Shown here piece after piece: positions 1 to 6,099 of a stretch of DNA of 6,604 bases. The stretch is from IMG/VR virus record IMGVR_UViG_3300029653_000099; one strand, 5' to 3'. How positions within the stretch are numbered: position 1 is the first letter of the stretch; each line of letters begins with the position of its first letter. The notes below the pieces were generated by a model, which was given only the letters and a program-made list of their open reading frames with translations, made no database searches and was not told where the DNA came from. Source of the stretch: a virus (lineage: Duplodnaviria > Heunggongvirae > Uroviricota > Caudoviricetes). Position numbers and translations under genes: made by a program.

Positions 1-90
1 GATGGTCAGGTTGCGGAGGCTATGGCCCTGGTACGAGCGCTGAACAAAATGACGAAAGCAGGTATGCCTGAAAGCGTGCGTATTGCCTGA
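1..90 (+). CDS. 3' end of an ORF cut by the window edge (frame 1, ...DGQVAEAMALVRALNKMTKAGMPESVRIA, stop TGA 88..90); may be a displaced upstream segment of pacA or the end of a separate upstream gene
   Basis: Frame 1 is open from position 1 to the TGA at 88..90. Too short to classify by content. Confidence 0.3.
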   Translation, partial: DGQVAEAMALVRALNKMTKAGMPESVRIA

Positions 91-232
91 AAACACAACC
101 CGCTACGGGGGAGACTTACCCGAAATCTGATTTATTCAACAAAGCCCCCTGGATGATGATGGTGAACGCTTTGAATTCGAAGCTGGCGATTACCTGATAG
201 ATAACGTTGAAGCGCGGAAGGCCGCGCGCGCT

Positions 233-946
233 ATGTTGCGTCGGTCCGGGGCCGATGTTCTGGAAACCACTCTTCTGGAAAAGTCTCTTTCTCATCTCCT
301 TATGCTGGAGAACGCCAGGGATACGTGTATTCGCCTGGTGCAGGAAATGCGCGATCAGCAAAAAGACGATGATGAAGGTACTCCGCCTGAATACCGTATC
401 GCGAGCATGCTAAACAGCTGTTCCGCGCAGATAAGCAGCCTGATCAACACCATTTACAGCATCCGGAATAACTATCGAAAAGAAAGCCGGGAGGCGGAAA
501 AGCACGCTTTGTCTATGGGGCAAGCTGGCATTGTTAAGCTGGCATACGAACGAAAGCGTGAAAATAACTGGTCAGTGCTGGAAGCGGCTGAATTCATCGA
601 GGCGCATGGAGGAAAAGTGCCGCCCCTGATGCTGGAGCAAATCAAAGCCGATCTGCGTGCTCCTAAGACCAATACCGATGATGAGGAAAACCAAACAGCA
701 TCTGGCGCTCCATCACTTGAAGATCTGGATAAAATCGCGCGAGAACGGGCCGCCAGCCGCCGCGCTGATGCGGCATTGTGGATTGAGCATCGTAGAGAAG
801 AAATTGCCGATATCGTCGATACAGGTGGTTATGGTGATGTCGATGCGGAAGGCATATCAAACGAAGCATGGCTTGAACAGGATCTGGACGAAGACGAGGA
901 GGAAGACGAAGAAGTTACCCGCAAACTGTACGGGGATGATGATTAA
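233..946 (+). CDS. pacA: Terminase small subunit PacA-like, C-terminal portion (237 aa from the first ATG; frame open from 131)
   Basis: Sits immediately upstream of pacB with a TAATG stop/start overlap at 944..948, typical of coupled terminase subunits. The acidic C-terminal tail ([11 protein letters not shown]...GDDD) is typical of small terminase subunits. Synteny with P1 pacA-pacB. The frame is closed upstream by TGA at 128..130 and 41..43, so the gene is either interrupted or shorter than the P1 protein as I recall it. Confidence 0.55.
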
Positions 947-2430
947 TGGCCAGAAGTTGCGTAACGGACCCACGTTGGCGCGAGCTTGTGGCGCTATATC
1001 GTTATGACTGGATTGCGGCCGCTGATGTGTTGTTTGGGAAGACACCAACCTGGCAGCAGGATGAGATCATTGAGTCCACGCAGCAGGACGGCAGTTGGAC
1101 AAGTGTGACCTCCGGCCATGGTACTGGTAAATCGGATATGACGAGTATCATTGCAATACTCTTCATCATGTTTTTCCCCGGCGCTCGCGTCATTCTGGTC
1201 GCTAACAAAAGACAGCAAGTCCTTGATGGTATTTTCAAATACATAAAGAGCAATTGGGCTACTGCTGTTAGCAGATTCCCGTGGTTGTCGAAGTATTTCA
1301 TTCTTACAGAAACGTCTTTTTTTGAGGTGACTGGCAAGGGTGTTTGGACAATATTGATAAAGTCCTGTCGCCCCGGAAATGAGGAGGCGTTGGCTGGTGA
1401 ACACGCCGATCATCTCTTGTATATCATCGACGAAGCGTCGGGTGTGAGTGATAAAGCATTCAGTGTGATAACAGGTGCGCTGACCGGTAAGGATAACCGT
1501 ATTCTGCTTCTTTCCCAGCCTACGCGACCTTCAGGCTATTTCTACGATTCACACCACAGACTAGCTATTCGCCCGGGAAATCCTGATGGATTGTTTACTG
1601 CGATAATACTGAATAGTGAAGAATCTCCGCTTGTAGATGCAAAATTTATACGAGCAAAACTTGCGGAGTATGGCGGTCGTGATAACCCCATGTACATGAT
1701 CAAAGTACGTGGTGAATTTCCCAAATCTCAAGATGGCTTTCTTCTTGGTCGTGATGAGGTTGAGCGGGCGACGCGGCGAAAGGTCAAGATTGCCAAAGGA
1801 TGGGGCTGGGTTGCATGTGTTGACGTTGCTGGTGGCACAGGACGAGATAAGTCCGTTATTAATATCATGATGGTGTCCGGCCAGCGAAATAAACGCCGTG
1901 TAATCAACTATCGTATGCTGGAATACACAGACGTTACAGAAACGCAGTTAGCCGCCAAGATTTTCGCAGAATGTAACCCAGAACGGTTCCCGAACATAAC
2001 CATAGCTATTGATGGCGATGGCTTGGGGAAATCGACGGCTGATCTAATGTACGAACGCTATGGCATTACCGTCCAGCGTATCCGCTGGGGTAAAAAGATG
2101 CACAGCCGTGAAGATAAAAGCCTTTATTTCGATATGCGCGCTTTCGCGAATATTCAGGCGGCAGAAGCTGTAAAATCAGGGCGTATGCGGCTTGATAAGG
2201 GGGCTGCGACTATAGAGGAAGCATCAAAGATACCGGTAGGGATAAATTCCGCAGGTCAATGGAAGGTGATGTCAAAGGAAGATATGAAGAAAAAACTCAA
2301 CCTGCACTCACCGGACCATTGGGATACATATTGTTTCGCTATGTTGGCGAACTATGTTCCCCAAGATGAAGTGCTTAGCGTCGAAGACGAAGCGCAGGTT
2401 GATGAAGCTCTGGCATGGCTTAATGAATAA
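946..2430 (+). CDS. pacB: Terminase large subunit PacB (494 aa), ATPase plus nuclease
   Basis: 494-aa ORF matching the length I recall for P1 PacB. Walker A-like P-loop (SGHGTGKS) and Walker B-like (LLYIIDEAS) near the N-terminus, acidic residues in the C-terminal half consistent with an RNaseH-like terminase nuclease. Start overlaps the pacA stop. Confidence 0.88.
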
Positions 2431-2455
2431 CAATTTGACCATGCCGGATGGAAAA

Positions 2456-3307
2456 CTATTGCGCGCTTTCGGGGTTGCTGTTTACTGGCTGCCCCTTCTT
2501 AGTTTTACGGCTGCGCGTAACTGATGCGGCTGATTTGACCTTTTTCTCTTCGCGAGTGATGGCAATTTGTTTTTTTACATTTTCAATATCTGCCAGGCGA
2601 TATATTTTTGCCTGCGGCCAGCGGTCGCAGATGATCGGTTCTATAGAGTCATAAAGGCTAAATTTTGCTTTCTCGAATTTCCCGTTGATGATGATTCCAT
2701 CACGGAGAGTTTCATCGCAGATAAACACACCACACAGCGGCACATGGTAACTAACTGATTTACCATCATTGTAGTTAGGGCTACTGGAAATGTAATGGAC
2801 GCGCAACATTGTTTCGCTAAAGCCGTGTACACGCATACGGAATTTTTCATCCTCCGGGTACTGCTTCATTAGCTCTTTTGTTGCTTCCAGGTTCTCTATG
2901 TATTTCGCACTGTGCTCATTGATCCCCGCGCTTTTCTGGATGCGAATGTCCTTATCAATCAGATGAATAATGCGGCCAGCGGTCATGTTGACGCTGTTCA
3001 CAGCTTCTGTCTGATAAGTTGTAACCTTACGCACACCGCGAAGGATGTTAGGCACTGGATATAAAATAGTCTTTGGGATATTGAGGTCTGGGTACTGTTC
3101 CAGTTCCCGCGCCATTAAAGTCCATTTATCAATTTCAGCCTGAATGCTGTCCGTTTCTTTGAACGGCAGAACGACAACCGGGCGAACAGGACGACCGTCG
3201 CTGGCGGCATCAACGTGTTGGGCGCGTGCAACAGCTTTTTTTAGAAAGAGATCCCTGAAGCTGACGAACTCCTGGTACAGTTGTTCGCCGTAGACATAAT
3301 TTATCAT
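2456..3307 (-). CDS. c1: C1 repressor of lysogeny (283 aa), immC
   Basis: 283-aa ORF convergent with pacB. Length and N-terminus (MINYVYGEQLYQEF...) match my recollection of P1 C1. Strong RBS GGAGGAGGA 6 nt upstream of the ATG on the minus strand. Lies next to coi and loxP-cre as in P1. Confidence 0.88.
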   Translation of the reverse strand: MINYVYGEQLYQEFVSFRDLFLKKAVARAQHVDAASDGRPVRPVVVLPFKETDSIQAEIDKWTLMARELEQYPDLNIPKTILYPVPNILRGVRKVTTYQTEAVNSVNMTAGRIIHLIDKDIRIQKSAGINEHSAKYIENLEATKELMKQYPEDEKFRMRVHGFSETMLRVHYISSSPNYNDGKSVSYHVPLCGVFICDETLRDGIIINGKFEKAKFSLYDSIEPIICDRWPQAKIYRLADIENVKKQIAITREEKKVKSAASVTRSRKTKKGQPVNSNPESAQ

Positions 3308-3329
3308 TGATCCTCCTCCAGAATTGACA

Positions 3330-3372
3330 TGGCCAACAACTCACAGCGGATTACACTGGGAGTTGTTGGCCA
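3330..3372. repeat. Perfect 13-bp inverted repeat (TGGCCAACAACTC / GAGTTGTTGGCCA) with a 17-nt spacer, in the coi-c1 intergenic region
   Basis: Arms at 3330..3342 and 3360..3372 are exact reverse complements. No T-tract follows on either strand, so it is not a canonical intrinsic terminator. Confidence 0.85.
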
Positions 3373-3374
3373 CC

Positions 3375-3418
3375 ATTATAGAAGGATCCAACGAAAATAA
3401 TAGATTTATTAGTGCATT
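3375..3418 (-). promoter_or_regulatory. Putative c1-proximal sigma70 promoter (-10 TATAAT on the minus strand at 3375..3380) with an overlapping C1-operator-like site (AATGCACTAATAAATCT, 14/17, minus strand 3402..3418)
   Basis: Perfect TATAAT hexamer on the minus strand about 70 nt upstream of the c1 start. Operator-like 17-mer overlaps the -35 region and the coi stop codon. The -35 hexamer itself is weak. Confidence 0.35.
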
Positions 3419-3627
3419 TATTGTGAGTCTGGCTGGTTAGTGGCCATGAGATATTCGATTGTGTCAGTGAGATCATCCAGGTCGTCTTGGGTGATGCGGT
3501 ACTCCTGATTGGATATCTTTGAGTAGTGTTCAGCAATGGCGCGGGCAGCGTCGGTTTCGGCGGGGTCTACAGATAAAGCGTTAGAGCAATGTCTAACGTC
3601 GTCGATGGTTGGTGGAATGAAAGCCAT
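3418..3627 (-). CDS. coi: Coi, C1 inactivator (69 aa)
   Basis: 69-aa ORF directly upstream of c1 on the same strand. Length and position match P1 coi as I recall it. RBS GTGAGG 7 nt upstream of the ATG on the minus strand. Confidence 0.8.
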   Translation of the reverse strand: MAFIPPTIDDVRHCSNALSVDPAETDAARAIAEHYSKISNQEYRITQDDLDDLTDTIEYLMATNQPDSQ

Positions 3628-3820
3628 AATTATGCCTCACTGTATTGACAACACAGAGCCTGAAGCTCTGACCTACTGTTTCACCCATGATCCATGCTGG
3701 GGTAATCCTACAACATTGCGCTGTGTGTAAGATGAGCAATGCATAGCTGTAATGCCGTTGTATAAGGTTTCCCTGTTTGCTCATTTCCTTCTGAGCCGCT
3801 CTACAACGCTGAAGACACAT
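3593..3820 (-). CDS. Possible small ORF in the imcA/imcB position upstream of coi (75 aa; alternative internal start at 3784); coding status doubtful
   Basis: Only ORF over 60 aa on the minus strand between coi and the operator-bearing promoter. Overlaps the coi start by 35 nt. No convincing RBS (GAAGGAA abuts the internal ATG with 1-nt spacing). Cys/Trp/His-rich composition atypical of a real protein. Confidence 0.2.
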   Translation of the reverse strand: MCLQRCRAAQKEMSKQGNLIQRHYSYALLILHTAQCCRITPAWIMGETVGQSFRLCVVNTVRHNYGFHSTNHRRR

Positions 3821-3858
3821 TAAATAGTGAATCCAAAGTTGTATTACGAAACGGCGGC

Positions 3859-3888
3859 AAAACTATAATTTATTAGAGCAATTGTCAA
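3859..3888 (-). promoter_or_regulatory. Putative immC promoter driving coi-c1: -35 TTGACA (minus strand 3883..3888), near-consensus C1 operator ATTGCTCTAATAAATTA (minus strand 3866..3882, 16/17) in the spacer, -10 TATAGT or TAGTTT
   Basis: Perfect -35 hexamer directly abutting a 16/17 operator match, followed by a -10-like hexamer at 15 to 17 bp spacing. Oriented toward coi and c1. Operator consensus is from recalled P1 literature. Confidence 0.5.
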
Positions 3889-3948
3889 ACAACTATGAAA
3901 AACAATCCAGTTTTTGGCTGGTGGAGTGGGATTTTTCTCTCAAAATTT

Positions 3949-3965
3949 ATTGCTCTAATAATTCT
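3949..3965 (+). promoter_or_regulatory. C1 operator copy ATTGCTCTAATAATTCT (15/17), inverted relative to the 3866..3882 copy
   Basis: Direct sequence match to the asymmetric operator consensus. Forms a back-to-back pair with the minus-strand copy 66 bp away. Confidence 0.6.
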
Positions 3966-4008
3966 TGATTTTTATGCGCAGCTGGACGTAAACTCCTCTT
4001 CAGACCTA

Positions 4009-4042
4009 ATAACTTCGTATAGCATACATTATACGAAGTTAT
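4009..4042. other. loxP: loxP site-specific recombination site (13-bp inverted repeats ATAACTTCGTATA flanking the 8-bp spacer GCATACAT)
   Basis: Exact 34-bp match to canonical loxP. Lies about 420 bp upstream of the cre start, as in P1. Confidence 0.97.
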
Positions 4043-4060
4043 CTTAAGGGTTATTGAACA

Positions 4061-4154
4061 TGATCAATTTACCTGTAAATCCATACAGTTCAATACCTTA
4101 TCAGGTCAAATAGTGATCACTTGATCATTTGATCAAGGTTGCGCTACGTAAAAT
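4061..4154 (+). promoter_or_regulatory. Dam-site cluster and putative cre-region promoter: four TGATCA hexamers (4061, 4114, 4122, 4130), the last three at exact 8-bp spacing, overlapping the -35 region of a -10-like TAAAAT (4149..4154)
   Basis: GATC at 4062, 4115, 4123 and 4131. Recalled literature describes cre promoters regulated by Dam methylation. The -10 and -35 assignment is my own reading. Confidence 0.45.
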
Positions 4155-4199
4155 CTGCGAAATGTTGGCAGTGTTTGTGCTCCAGATTTCGCGTAGCGC
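4141..4199. repeat. Imperfect 17-bp inverted repeat (GCGCTACGTAAAATCTG / CAGATTTCGCGTAGCGC, 15/17) with a 25-bp spacer, ending 33 nt upstream of the 73-aa ORF
   Basis: Arms at 4141..4157 and 4183..4199. Candidate dimeric-protein binding site or RNA stem-loop. Confidence 0.7.
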
Positions 4200-4231
4200 A
4201 CTTAGCACCACCAATCAATCAGAGGTGAAAA

Positions 4232-4453
4232 ATGGGATATTCAGCTGCTAAAGTGTCCACTCATCTTGAGCTTGAGAAAAATCGTGGTTACTGGCGGGCA
4301 AAAGGGTTTGATCGTGATAGTTGTCAACTGTCATTATCGCGCGGTGAAGAAAAGATAGAACGCAGTCGCGGTCGTTGGCGTTTCTATGACGAGAACCATA
4401 AACAGGTAAAGGCAGAGCCGATCCTGTACACTTTACTTAAAACCATTATCTGA
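4232..4453 (+). CDS. Hypothetical small basic protein (73 aa) immediately upstream of cre
   Basis: ATG preceded by a strong RBS (AGAGGTGA, 6-nt spacing). Stop lies 7 nt before the cre ATG, so the two are likely co-transcribed. Lys/Arg-rich sequence. No family recognised. Confidence 0.5.
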   Translation: MGYSAAKVSTHLELEKNRGYWRAKGFDRDSCQLSLSRGEEKIERSRGRWRFYDENHKQVKAEPILYTLLKTII

Positions 4454-4460
4454 GTGTCAA

Positions 4461-5492
4461 ATGTCCAATTTACTGACCGTACACCAAAATTTGCCTGCAT
4501 TGCCGGTCGATGCAACGAGTGATGAGGTTCGCAAGAACCTGATGGATATGTTCAGGGATCGCCAGGCGTTTTCTGAGCATACCTGGAAAATGCTTCTGTC
4601 CGTTTGCCGGTCATGGGCGGCATGGTGCAAGTTGAATAACCGGAAATGGTTTCCCGCAGAACCTGAAGATGTTCGCGATTATCTTCTATATCTTCAGGCG
4701 CGCGGTCTGGCAGTGAAAACTATCCAGCAACATTTGGGCCAGCTAAATATGCTTCATCGTCGGTCCGGGCTGCAACGACCAAGTGACAGCAATGCTGTTT
4801 CACTCGTCATGCGACGGATCCGAAAAGAAAACGTTGATGCCGGTGAGCGTGCAAAACAGGCGCTGGCGTTCGAACGCACTGATTTCGACCAGGTTCGTTC
4901 ACTCATGGAAAATAGCGATCGCTGCCAGGATATACGTAATCTGGCATTTCTGGGGATTGCTTATAACACCCTGTTACGTATAGCCGAAATTTCTAGGATC
5001 AGAGTTAAAGATATCTCACGTACTGACGGTGGGAGAATGTTAATCCATATTGGCAGAACGAAAACGCTGGTTAGCACCGCTGGTGTAGAGAAGGCACTTA
5101 GTCTGGGGGTAACTAAACTGGTTGAGCGATGGATTTCTGTCTCTGGTGTGGCTGATGATCCGAATAACTACTTGTTTTGCCGTGTCAGAAAAAATGGTGT
5201 TGCCGCGCCATCTGCCACCAGCCAGCTATCAACTCGCGCCCTGGAAGGGATTTTTGAAGCAACTCACCGATTGATTTTCGGGGCTAAGGATGACTCTGGC
5301 CAGAGGTACCTGGCCTGGTCTGGACACAGTGCCCGTGTCGGAGCCGCGCGAGATATGGCCCGCGCCGGAGTTTCAATACCGGAGATCATGCAAGCTGGTG
5401 GCTGGACCAACGTAAATATTGTCATGAACTATATCCGTAACCTGGATAGTGAAACAGGGGCAATGGTGCGCCTGCTGGAAGATGGCTATTAG
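4461..5492 (+). CDS. cre: Cre tyrosine site-specific recombinase (343 aa)
   Basis: 343-aa ORF, near-identical to P1 Cre as I recall it (MSNLLTVHQNLPALPVDATSDEVRKNLMDMFRDRQAFSEHTWK...), with the cognate loxP site upstream. A few apparent substitutions relative to the canonical sequence (for example LQRP vs LPRP, IAEISRI vs IAEIARI, LIFGA vs LIYGA, C-terminal GY vs GD); these rest on memory. Confidence 0.97.
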   Translation: MSNLLTVHQNLPALPVDATSDEVRKNLMDMFRDRQAFSEHTWKMLLSVCRSWAAWCKLNNRKWFPAEPEDVRDYLLYLQARGLAVKTIQQHLGQLNMLHRRSGLQRPSDSNAVSLVMRRIRKENVDAGERAKQALAFERTDFDQVRSLMENSDRCQDIRNLAFLGIAYNTLLRIAEISRIRVKDISRTDGGRMLIHIGRTKTLVSTAGVEKALSLGVTKLVERWISVSGVADDPNNYLFCRVRKNGVAAPSATSQLSTRALEGIFEATHRLIFGAKDDSGQRYLAWSGHSARVGAARDMARAGVSIPEIMQAGGWTNVNIVMNYIRNLDSETGAMVRLLEDGY

Positions 5493-5509
5493 CCATTAGC
5501 GCGCAAATG

Positions 5510-5526
5510 ATTGCTCTAATTCTTTG
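5510..5526 (+). promoter_or_regulatory. C1-operator-like site ATTGCTCTAATTCTTTG (13/17; first 11 positions exact) between cre and the downstream ORF
   Basis: Direct match to the conserved 5' half of the operator consensus, 17 bp upstream of the next ORF start. Confidence 0.4.
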
Positions 5527-5542
5527 GTATTTATGGTGACAT

Positions 5543-5854
5543 GTGAGAAAGGATTTCAACATCGACGGAAAATATGTAGTGCTGTCTGTAAGCACTAATA
5601 TTCAGTCGCCAGCCGTCATTGTCACTGTAAAGCTGAGCGATAGAATGCCTGATATTGACTCAATATCCGTTGCGTTCCCTGTCAAAAGTATGCGTAGTGC
5701 TGAACATTTCGTGATGAATGCCACCGAGAAAGAAGCACGGCGCGGTTTTGCCAAAGTGATGGCCGAGTTTGGCGAATTTTTGGGGCACGTTGACAAAGCC
5801 CTTTCAATCAGTTCAGCAAGGTCCAAAGCGTTAACAGCTTCCATGCTGAAATAA
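5543..5854 (+). CDS. Hypothetical protein (103 aa) downstream of cre, in the position of P1 cra (cre-associated)
   Basis: GTG start with GGTGA 3 nt upstream, so the exact start is uncertain. Same strand as cre; stop TAA at 5852..5854 followed by a hairpin. No motif recognised. Confidence 0.5.
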   Translation: MRKDFNIDGKYVVLSVSTNIQSPAVIVTVKLSDRMPDIDSISVAFPVKSMRSAEHFVMNATEKEARRGFAKVMAEFGEFLGHVDKALSISSARSKALTASMLK

Positions 5855-5879
5855 AAAAAGCCTGGCAAGGAGCCAGGCT
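5853..5879 (-). terminator. Intrinsic terminator oriented for the minus strand: 8-bp stem (AGCCTGGC / GCCAGGCT), 5-nt loop, then a 6 to 7-U tract on the minus strand
   Basis: On the plus strand it is an A7 tract followed by the hairpin with no downstream T-tract, so it is canonical only for leftward transcription. It sits right at the 3' end of the plus-strand ORF. Confidence 0.5.
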
Positions 5880-5984
5880 GCACAAAAGAGCGGGTTTGTA
5901 TTCCGCATTCAATCAATCAAGAAGGAGTATAGTACACAGGTACTGAAGTGAAAAAATGTGATTCGCGATAAACAAATAACTTTA

Positions 5985-6014
5985 ATTGCTCTAATTGATT
6001 GCTATAATTGAGCC
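5985..6014 (+). promoter_or_regulatory. C1-controlled ref promoter region: operator-like ATTGCTCTAATTGATTG (5985..6001, 14/17), overlapping second partial copy ATTGCTATAATTGAGCC (5998..6014), and extended -10 TGcTATAAT (6000..6008)
   Basis: Perfect TATAAT with an upstream TG, inside two overlapping operator-like repeats about 95 nt upstream of ref. Consistent with recalled C1 repression of ref through operator Op2. Confidence 0.55.
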
Positions 6015-6068
6015 GCAGTTTTTGTCAACTACGAAGACGCTGCCATTACTTCACTCCTTGACATCATT

Positions 6069-6094
6069 GGCGGCCATTAGGCCGCCTTTTTTTT
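6069..6094 (+). terminator. Intrinsic terminator-like hairpin (7-bp GC stem GGCGGCC / GGCCGCC, loop ATTA) followed by T8, ending 5 nt before the ref ATG
   Basis: Stem arms are exact reverse complements, followed by eight consecutive T on the plus strand. Confidence 0.65.
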
Positions 6095-6099
6095 GCCAT

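Noticed and set aside
116-413. ORFs 116..361 (−, 81 aa) and 207..413 (+, 68 aa) overlapping pacA
   Set aside because: They overlap the pacA frame in other frames or antisense; composition and context are not gene-like.
994-1413. Minus-strand ORFs of 139 and 111 aa inside pacB, plus the 60-aa ORF at 1542..1724
   Set aside because: Antisense shadow ORFs within a well-supported terminase gene; no RBS and no independent support.
2448-2850. Plus-strand ORFs at 2448..2654 and 2567..2758 and the minus ORF at 2641..2850, all inside c1
   Set aside because: Shadow or alternate-frame ORFs inside the 283-aa c1 gene.
3351-3730. ORFs 3351..3536 (−, 61 aa) and 3536..3730 (+, 64 aa) overlapping coi and its flanks
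   Set aside because: Alternate-frame or antisense to coi and the c1 leader; no translation signals.
3895-4047. 50-aa hydrophobic ORF (MKNNPVFGWWSGIFLSKFIALIILDFY...) reading across the operator at 3949 and through loxP
   Set aside because: No RBS, and it spans a recombination site and an operator; most likely a chance ORF in AT-rich regulatory DNA.
4052-4095. 8-bp inverted repeat TATTGAAC / GTTCAATA flanking the first GATC site
   Set aside because: Short enough to occur by chance several times in this window; no supporting context.
4061-4135. TGATCA cluster considered as the pac cleavage site itself
   Set aside because: The P1 pac site lies inside pacA, upstream of pacB; this cluster is on the other side of immC next to cre, where Dam-regulated cre promoters are expected.
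4783-4983. 66-aa plus-strand ORF inside cre
   Set aside because: Alternate frame within the cre coding sequence.
5602-5916. 104-aa minus-strand ORF antisense to the ORF downstream of cre
   Set aside because: It runs through the terminator hairpin and is antisense to a better-supported ORF; no RBS.
4212-5919. 10-nt direct repeat CAATCAATCA preceding Shine-Dalgarno-like sequences at 4212..4221 and 5910..5919
   Set aside because: Exact 10-mer repeats are expected by chance many times in a 6.6-kb window, and the second copy is not followed by a start codon.
5995-6099. TTG-initiated N-terminal extension of ref (ORF track start at 5995)
   Set aside because: The extension would be translated through the operator, promoter and terminator hairpin; the recalled Ref N-terminus corresponds to the ATG at 6100.
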